From: a virus
Taxonomy: Duplodnaviria; Heunggongvirae; Uroviricota; Caudoviricetes
Reading direction: 5' to 3' (one strand)
Virus record (IMG/VR): IMGVR_UViG_3300028666_000001
Span: 1-64,000 of that record
Length of the DNA stretch: 64,000 nucleotides
Shown here: positions 58,859 to 64,000 of the stretch, in pieces
Position numbering within the stretch: position 1 is the first letter of the stretch
How the letters are laid out: each line of letters begins with the position of its first letter
Position numbers and translations under genes: made by a program
The notes under the pieces: generated by a model
Seen by the model: the letters and a program-made list of their open reading frames with translations, nothing else
Database searches by the model: none
Told to the model about the DNA's origin: nothing

Positions 58859-59274
58859 TATTATACTGGAGTTTTCCAATGGCTTTTCGTGATAAGAATA
58901 ATATCATGCTTTTCATTGGAGATATAGTTGAGAAAGATGGACAAAGATTCATAGTATATGGTATAGCCACATTTCCTTGTGCTACAGTAGCCATTGCAGA
59001 GAATATCATTACTAAAAGTGTTGAGACACTTCTTTTACAAGATATAATAAAGATATGAGTATAATGACAGATCGTAATGGTAAAGTTATTCATGAGGGTG
59101 AGCTTATAAAGATTGTTGATATGCTCGATGTTTATGATACTGTTAATTTTTGGACAATATTTGACTGTATAAAATATGGAACTTTTACAGACTTTATTTT
59201 AAAACATTGTGTTACTAATGAGATTAGAATCGTCTCACAAAAGAATATAGAACGAACCTATTGAGGACATTAAA

Positions 59275-62200
59275 ATGATTGATAAAACAGCAGGGCTACC
59301 AACTCAAATCCGTCAACTTGAAAAGCGTCTGAAGGAAATGGATGCTTCAAAGATTAAGCCAGCTTTGGTTAAGGAGATTACTGATACTATTCAGAATCTC
59401 AAAAACATGCTTAAAGAAAAGATGGAAAAGAAAGAACAGCGCAAGAAAGATAAAGAGCAAAAGGCTACTCCTGAAGTTCAGGTAGAAGCTGCCCCCGCTG
59501 GTAGTGCTACTAGCGTTGGTGCTGTTGCTCCCCAATCTCTTACTCCTGCTCCTGGTGCTCCAACTGCTACTCCTACGACACCAGATGACCAGAAAGTATC
59601 CTGTCCACTTTGTGGTGGTATTACATTTCCCGATCAATCCTCATATCAACAGCATATGGAATTTACCCATGCCTCTGATGTTATGCCAACAACCCCAGGC
59701 CAAAAGCTTGATAAGACTGTTGCCTCTGTAGATGCAGATGCCGCAGCTTCCCCCAAGTGCGCCATTTGTGGTATTGATTTTGCTTCATTTCCTGAGTATC
59801 AACAACACCGTGATCAGGCCCATAGTAAAGAACCAGCTAAAGAGAAAGTAATGGGTGATCAGGAAACAGGTCCTTCATTTAAATTAGATGATGAAGTGAA
59901 ACCAATTCGTGGTAGTGAGTCTACTGGTAAGGTTATGCGTTGGGATGGCAAGCCAAATGATTTAGTGTATGTCTCTTGGGATTCAGGTCCTCTTGCAGAT
60001 CGTGATGGTTTTGGTGGATACTATCCCCATGATTTAGCATTAGTAGAGACAGAAGCTCCAGTAACAGCAACGGCTGATGGTGCTCCTGCAGAAGAAGAGC
60101 ATTGCCCATGCTGGGAAGATAAATCTTCTTATTGTCCTAAGTGCAAAAGTCGTAAAACATCTGATTTGCGAACCAACTATGATGCCCTTCTGAAAGACCT
60201 AAAAGAAGAGCGTGATGTCCATTATACACAAGGTAACAGTGCTTGGGTCGCTCGTTTGGATCAGAAGATTGTAGACCTTGAGAAGTCAATTGAAGAAAAA
60301 TTTAAAGAAGATAAAATAGAACCAGAATCATGTTCTGCATGTGGTCAAAAAAAAGAATCAGCTTCTAATAAATGTGTTTGTGGAAATCCCACTAATCCAA
60401 AAACTAAACAACCTTTTAGTCATGCTCTCTGTGATTCATGTCTTCAGGCAGAAAAAGATGTAGATCGTATGGAACGTAATGATGCCTATAAAGAAGGTGG
60501 AGCACAGAATGCTGAAGAGCTAACAGTCATGGATCATACACCTCCACGAGCCAATAGTGGACCAGATGCAGGTGGTAAAGATACTCATGATGAATTTCAA
60601 GATGAATGGGCTATGCCAGCAGGAATTGAATTAGAATCTAAGCTTCCTAAGCAGCAACAGAAAGAATTAGATTCTTTAGTTCAAAAAGCTGTGTATGGTT
60701 ATCAGATCAATATCATGGACATGAGCAAGATTTATCAGGCTGGTGAGGCTGCATTTATAGCAGGTCAAGATGTAACGGCTGCAGTTCATACCTTTTTAGA
60801 TAGTATGGTTGCTTCTGGTAAGGCAATGAAGACAGCTGATTTAAAACCTTTTGTTACAGAACCAACCAAAATCTCTATATTTAAGAAAGAGTTTCTTGCT
60901 ACCCCTGTAAATGGGCAGAAGAAGTTCGCTGGGTACGATATTAGCCAGGATGGAAAAAAACTTTTTAATATTGGCTCCAAAGATAGCCAACCCATGACTA
61001 AAGAACAGCTTGAGTTTTGTGCTCAAATTGAACTTACCAGGGGATATAAACAAGCAAAACTAGTTGAAAAGATAGCCTTTTTAGAAGCTGGTTCTAGAGT
61101 TTATATCATTGCTTCAGATAAATCTGGGAAACGGGTTAAATTCGCTTCTATGGACAAAGGAGTGCGTGGATGGGCTCCAGTGTCAAAATTCGCTTTTGTG
61201 GCTAAGCAGGGCGAAATGCGTAAGCATAATGACCATATAGACAACACTTTCGGACACAATGGTAAAGAGATCCTGGTGGATTGCCCAAATGGATCAGGTA
61301 ATATGGTTTGGCTCCCAATTAATGCATTGTTACCTATTGAAGCTCCTCCAGCTACACCTGAGAGTCTTAATGATTTAGAAGGTTCTTCTAAACAATCTAC
61401 AAAGCCCTCCCTCCCTCCTTATAAGGGGGATACTCGAAGTTGTAGTCGTTGTGGAGTTAATTTTTTAGATACAGATAATTTATCAAAATGCCCAGATTGC
61501 ATGAAAGTGTCAAAACATAATATGGAAGTGGAAATGGAAAGATACCAGAATGATAAACATAAACCATTACCTGAAACAGTTCCTGGAGAATCTTATGCTC
61601 CCAATTTTAGTGATGAAATTGAAGATCCTATGGCTGATGTAAAACCATTTTTTAATCCTTATATGAAACGTAAAAAGTCGGCAAAGGAATGCCCAGATTG
61701 CCATGGAACTTTTGAAGGTGCAGAGAATGAGAAGTGTCCTACATGTGGACAATTCGCTGTACAGAAAACAGCCCTTAAACCTCAACTTCCTCTTGCAATT
61801 CCTAACCAGAGAGTAGATGTTAATTCTTCAGGTTGTGATCAATGTGCTGCCTCTATGATCAATGGCGTATTTTGTCATGAGACTGGTTGCCCAGCTAAGG
61901 CTAAAGAAGATAGAATTAGACAACAGAATGATGATCTGTATGATATGGAGATGAATGATATTGAGTCTTCTACAAAAAAACAGGCTGATCCTAAATGGAA
62001 TGAATGTGCATCTTGCAATAAAGTTTTTAAGGTTGATCCTAATCAGAAGTTGAATCATTCCTATTGTCCAGATTGTCATAAAATATGGCCTGTATTAATG
62101 GATGCATGGGATCAAGGTACTTTAACTCCTGAACAGGAGCAACAATTGAACCAGATGAATGCTAATGTTTCTAAACATTTTAATGATGGGCGTTCTGGTA

Positions 62201-62811
62201 GAAGGCCAGGAGGAAAAGAACCATCTTTTCCATCTAGCTATAGAAATGAGATTGAAGATCCTTTAGAACATATGCCTGATCCTTTGAATGAGAATGTTGA
62301 AGCTTCTTTAAATAAGAGAGCTACAGTTACTCATCGTGAAGATGGATGGCATGTACTTAGTGAGAAAGGCAAAAATCTGGGTGGACCTTATAAGTCTAAA
62401 GGTGAAGCAGTTAAACGTCTTCGCCAAGTAGAATATTTTAAACATGCTTCACTTAAGCCTTTTTCTAAGAAAGCCGATGTATTGACTGATCATATTACTG
62501 ATATGAAAGGTCGTATGGATCAAGTTCAAGAGAGACTTCAGCAAGTTCCAGCTATTAAAACAGCTGATACTATAACAGATGATACAGTTGTAACAAATGA
62601 TCCCAATGCTGTTATTCCAAATCCCAATGATCCCAATGCTCCTCCTGCTCCTGTTATTAAAAATGTGCAGCCAACAGATAATGATAATCTAGAGATTCCA
62701 GTTCCAATGCCTTCCTCTCCTCCTTCTCCAGGACAGAAGTGGGTATTTGATACACAGAATAATGTCTATGTGTCTATGCCAGATCCTGCTTATCATGGCG
62801 CAGCAATTTAA
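59275..62811 (+). CDS. giant multi-zinc-ribbon protein with two C2H2-like fingers and N-terminal coiled coil
   Basis: CPLCGGITFPDQSSYQQHMEFTH and CAICGIDFASFPEYQQHRDQAH; at least 8 further CxxC pairs. Confidence 0.5.
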   Translation: MIDKTAGLPTQIRQLEKRLKEMDASKIKPALVKEITDTIQNLKNMLKEKMEKKEQRKKDKEQKATPEVQVEAAPAGSATSVGAVAPQSLTPAPGAPTATPTTPDDQKVSCPLCGGITFPDQSSYQQHMEFTHASDVMPTTPGQKLDKTVASVDADAAASPKCAICGIDFASFPEYQQHRDQAHSKEPAKEKVMGDQETGPSFKLDDEVKPIRGSESTGKVMRWDGKPNDLVYVSWDSGPLADRDGFGGYYPHDLALVETEAPVTATADGAPAEEEHCPCWEDKSSYCPKCKSRKTSDLRTNYDALLKDLKEERDVHYTQGNSAWVARLDQKIVDLEKSIEEKFKEDKIEPESCSACGQKKESASNKCVCGNPTNPKTKQPFSHALCDSCLQAEKDVDRMERNDAYKEGGAQNAEELTVMDHTPPRANSGPDAGGKDTHDEFQDEWAMPAGIELESKLPKQQQKELDSLVQKAVYGYQINIMDMSKIYQAGEAAFIAGQDVTAAVHTFLDSMVASGKAMKTADLKPFVTEPTKISIFKKEFLATPVNGQKKFAGYDISQDGKKLFNIGSKDSQPMTKEQLEFCAQIELTRGYKQAKLVEKIAFLEAGSRVYIIASDKSGKRVKFASMDKGVRGWAPVSKFAFVAKQGEMRKHNDHIDNTFGHNGKEILVDCPNGSGNMVWLPINALLPIEAPPATPESLNDLEGSSKQSTKPSLPPYKGDTRSCSRCGVNFLDTDNLSKCPDCMKVSKHNMEVEMERYQNDKHKPLPETVPGESYAPNFSDEIEDPMADVKPFFNPYMKRKKSAKECPDCHGTFEGAENEKCPTCGQFAVQKTALKPQLPLAIPNQRVDVNSSGCDQCAASMINGVFCHETGCPAKAKEDRIRQQNDDLYDMEMNDIESSTKKQADPKWNECASCNKVFKVDPNQKLNHSYCPDCHKIWPVLMDAWDQGTLTPEQEQQLNQMNANVSKHFNDGRSGRRPGGKEPSFPSSYRNEIEDPLEHMPDPLNENVEASLNKRATVTHREDGWHVLSEKGKNLGGPYKSKGEAVKRLRQVEYFKHASLKPFSKKADVLTDHITDMKGRMDQVQERLQQVPAIKTADTITDDTVVTNDPNAVIPNPNDPNAPPAPVIKNVQPTDNDNLEIPVPMPSSPPSPGQKWVFDTQNNVYVSMPDPAYHGAAI

Positions 62812-62835
62812 TTCAGATTAAAAAGGTAAGAGCAT

Positions 62836-64000
62836 ATGAAAAGATTTTCTAAAAAGGGTGTAGCCCAATGTCCTAATTGTGGGGAAATGAAACCCACTAA
62901 TGCAACACCCCAACAAATTGAAGAGGGTGATTGGGAGTGTACTGACTGTTATAATCGTTCTGGGAAGGAACATGCTGAAGACAAATCTATTGAACGTGGT
63001 CAGAAAGAGATCTCAAAGTATGATCCTGAATATGAATTTCTAGTAAGACTTGTAAAACTTGTAACTGCTGAAGGTGTACCCCCCGAAGAAATCAAAGCCC
63101 TTTCTGAAGCACATCCTTTTGTTACTGTAGATGACGTTGGAGATTTAGCTGCACAGATTTGGACTCTTGCTACCCAGAAATATCAGATCCCTAGTGAGTG
63201 GCTTCAAAAGAAACTTCCTAAATCAGGTAGCTTAAAGAAAGCCAATACAACTTATGATGAAGAATGGCAAGCTCAGAAAGAGACAGAGGACATGCTTAAC
63301 CATGCTCCAAATTCTCTTGCTTATGAATATGGTCAAGATAAAACCGCTGATGGAGAATTCAAAGGTTCTGAATTCAGTGGTACAGATGCTGCACCAAATC
63401 CCCTAACAGATATAGGCCCCTGGTCTTCTCCTGAAGATCATGGTAAAAAACCCCAAAAATCCCCTTTTCCAAATACCAATTGGTTGCCAGCTGATGATCA
63501 AAATTTAGATCAGCAAGCACCTTCGAATGTTGCTGCTTCTTTGAATAAAGAAGCTCTTGCTCAGCAGGATGTTGTAGATTTTTATCTTATGTCCCTTATT
63601 CCAGCAGATTACCTTGCTAAAGAAGTAACCCCAGATCACTATGATGGTTTGGCTATTTTTAAAGGCATTATTGAATCTCTTAGAAATGAATATATTGAAC
63701 GTGGAATGGCAGAACTTCAAGATGAAGCTGAAACAACCAAATGGACCAAAGTTATTAGTGATGCTGAAATGCCTGAACAGATTAAGCCCTATTACACTTT
63801 TAAAGAAGGTCCTATGTCCTGGCAACATGCCAATGATATAGATGATGAAGATGAAGACGATTATGATTCAGAGCCACAGTATGATTATAGTTGTGGTTCA
63901 TGTGGAGTAGGACTTCATGAGGAGGATGTACATAGTTTTAATGATGAACACTATTGCGAGAGTTGTCAAGATGAAGCAATTCATAATGCTATTCTATCTG
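62836..64000 (+). CDS. hypothetical acidic protein, 5' part (runs off window end)
   Basis: ATG 62836 after AAAAGG; frame open to nt 64000. Confidence 0.4.
   Translation, partial: MKRFSKKGVAQCPNCGEMKPTNATPQQIEEGDWECTDCYNRSGKEHAEDKSIERGQKEISKYDPEYEFLVRLVKLVTAEGVPPEEIKALSEAHPFVTVDDVGDLAAQIWTLATQKYQIPSEWLQKKLPKSGSLKKANTTYDEEWQAQKETEDMLNHAPNSLAYEYGQDKTADGEFKGSEFSGTDAAPNPLTDIGPWSSPEDHGKKPQKSPFPNTNWLPADDQNLDQQAPSNVAASLNKEALAQQDVVDFYLMSLIPADYLAKEVTPDHYDGLAIFKGIIESLRNEYIERGMAELQDEAETTKWTKVISDAEMPEQIKPYYTFKEGPMSWQHANDIDDEDEDDYDSEPQYDYSCGSCGVGLHEEDVHSFNDEHYCESCQDEAIHNAILS

Overview
This 64 kb window appears to come from a large virulent dsDNA phage. It is AT-rich, every gene is on the + strand, and most genes are short and tightly packed, often with overlapping stop/start (ATGA, ATGGCTGA). 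Translation uses Shine-Dalgarno sites. Transcription appears to use host sigma70-type promoters: at least 11 near-consensus TTGACA-N17-TATACT sites, several sharing the spacer GTAGATAAGTATGT.

Genes I can recognise:
- A T4-like RNA end-healing/sealing set: an Rnl1-type RNA ligase, and an HD-domain/polynucleotide-kinase fusion.
- A second RNA-repair island: a Thg1-like tRNA 5'-end repair enzyme, an HNH endonuclease, and an Rnl2-superfamily RNA ligase with an N-terminal tRNA-binding-type OB domain.
- Others: RNase H, peptide deformylase, a macro domain protein, HAD and calcineurin-type phosphoesterases, a GNAT acetyltransferase, an SPFH/prohibitin protein, a YopX protein, four HNH endonucleases (three clearly paralogous), an SLT lytic transglycosylase fragment, and a tail fibre with a LamG-like C-terminus.
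- Two giant Cys-rich proteins (933 and 1178 aa).

The most striking content is a hyper-expanded family of about 45 small proteins (about 45-165 aa). Typical members have a CxCGH..H / CxxC zinc knuckle and a strictly conserved C-terminal (D/N)NLxYLE(W/Y/F) tail. They sit in roughly ten translationally coupled tandem arrays between 10.1 and 53.4 kb, about 15% of the window. I do not recognise this family from established knowledge.

Intercalated with the arrays are two divergent ClpP-fold protease genes, neither next to capsid or portal genes. There is also an orphan protein that matches the ClpX N-terminal zinc-binding domain (CxxC-x18-CxxC with the same spacing).

Together this suggests a phage-encoded proteolysis-hijack or decoy system, or a diversified host-takeover family, that appears previously undescribed; that is inference, not demonstration.

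A 470 bp ORF-free region sits behind a perfect consensus promoter at 37.8 kb. It contains tRNA-like T-arm hairpins and is a candidate structured RNA.

All minus-strand ORFs in the track look like shadow ORFs of + strand genes.
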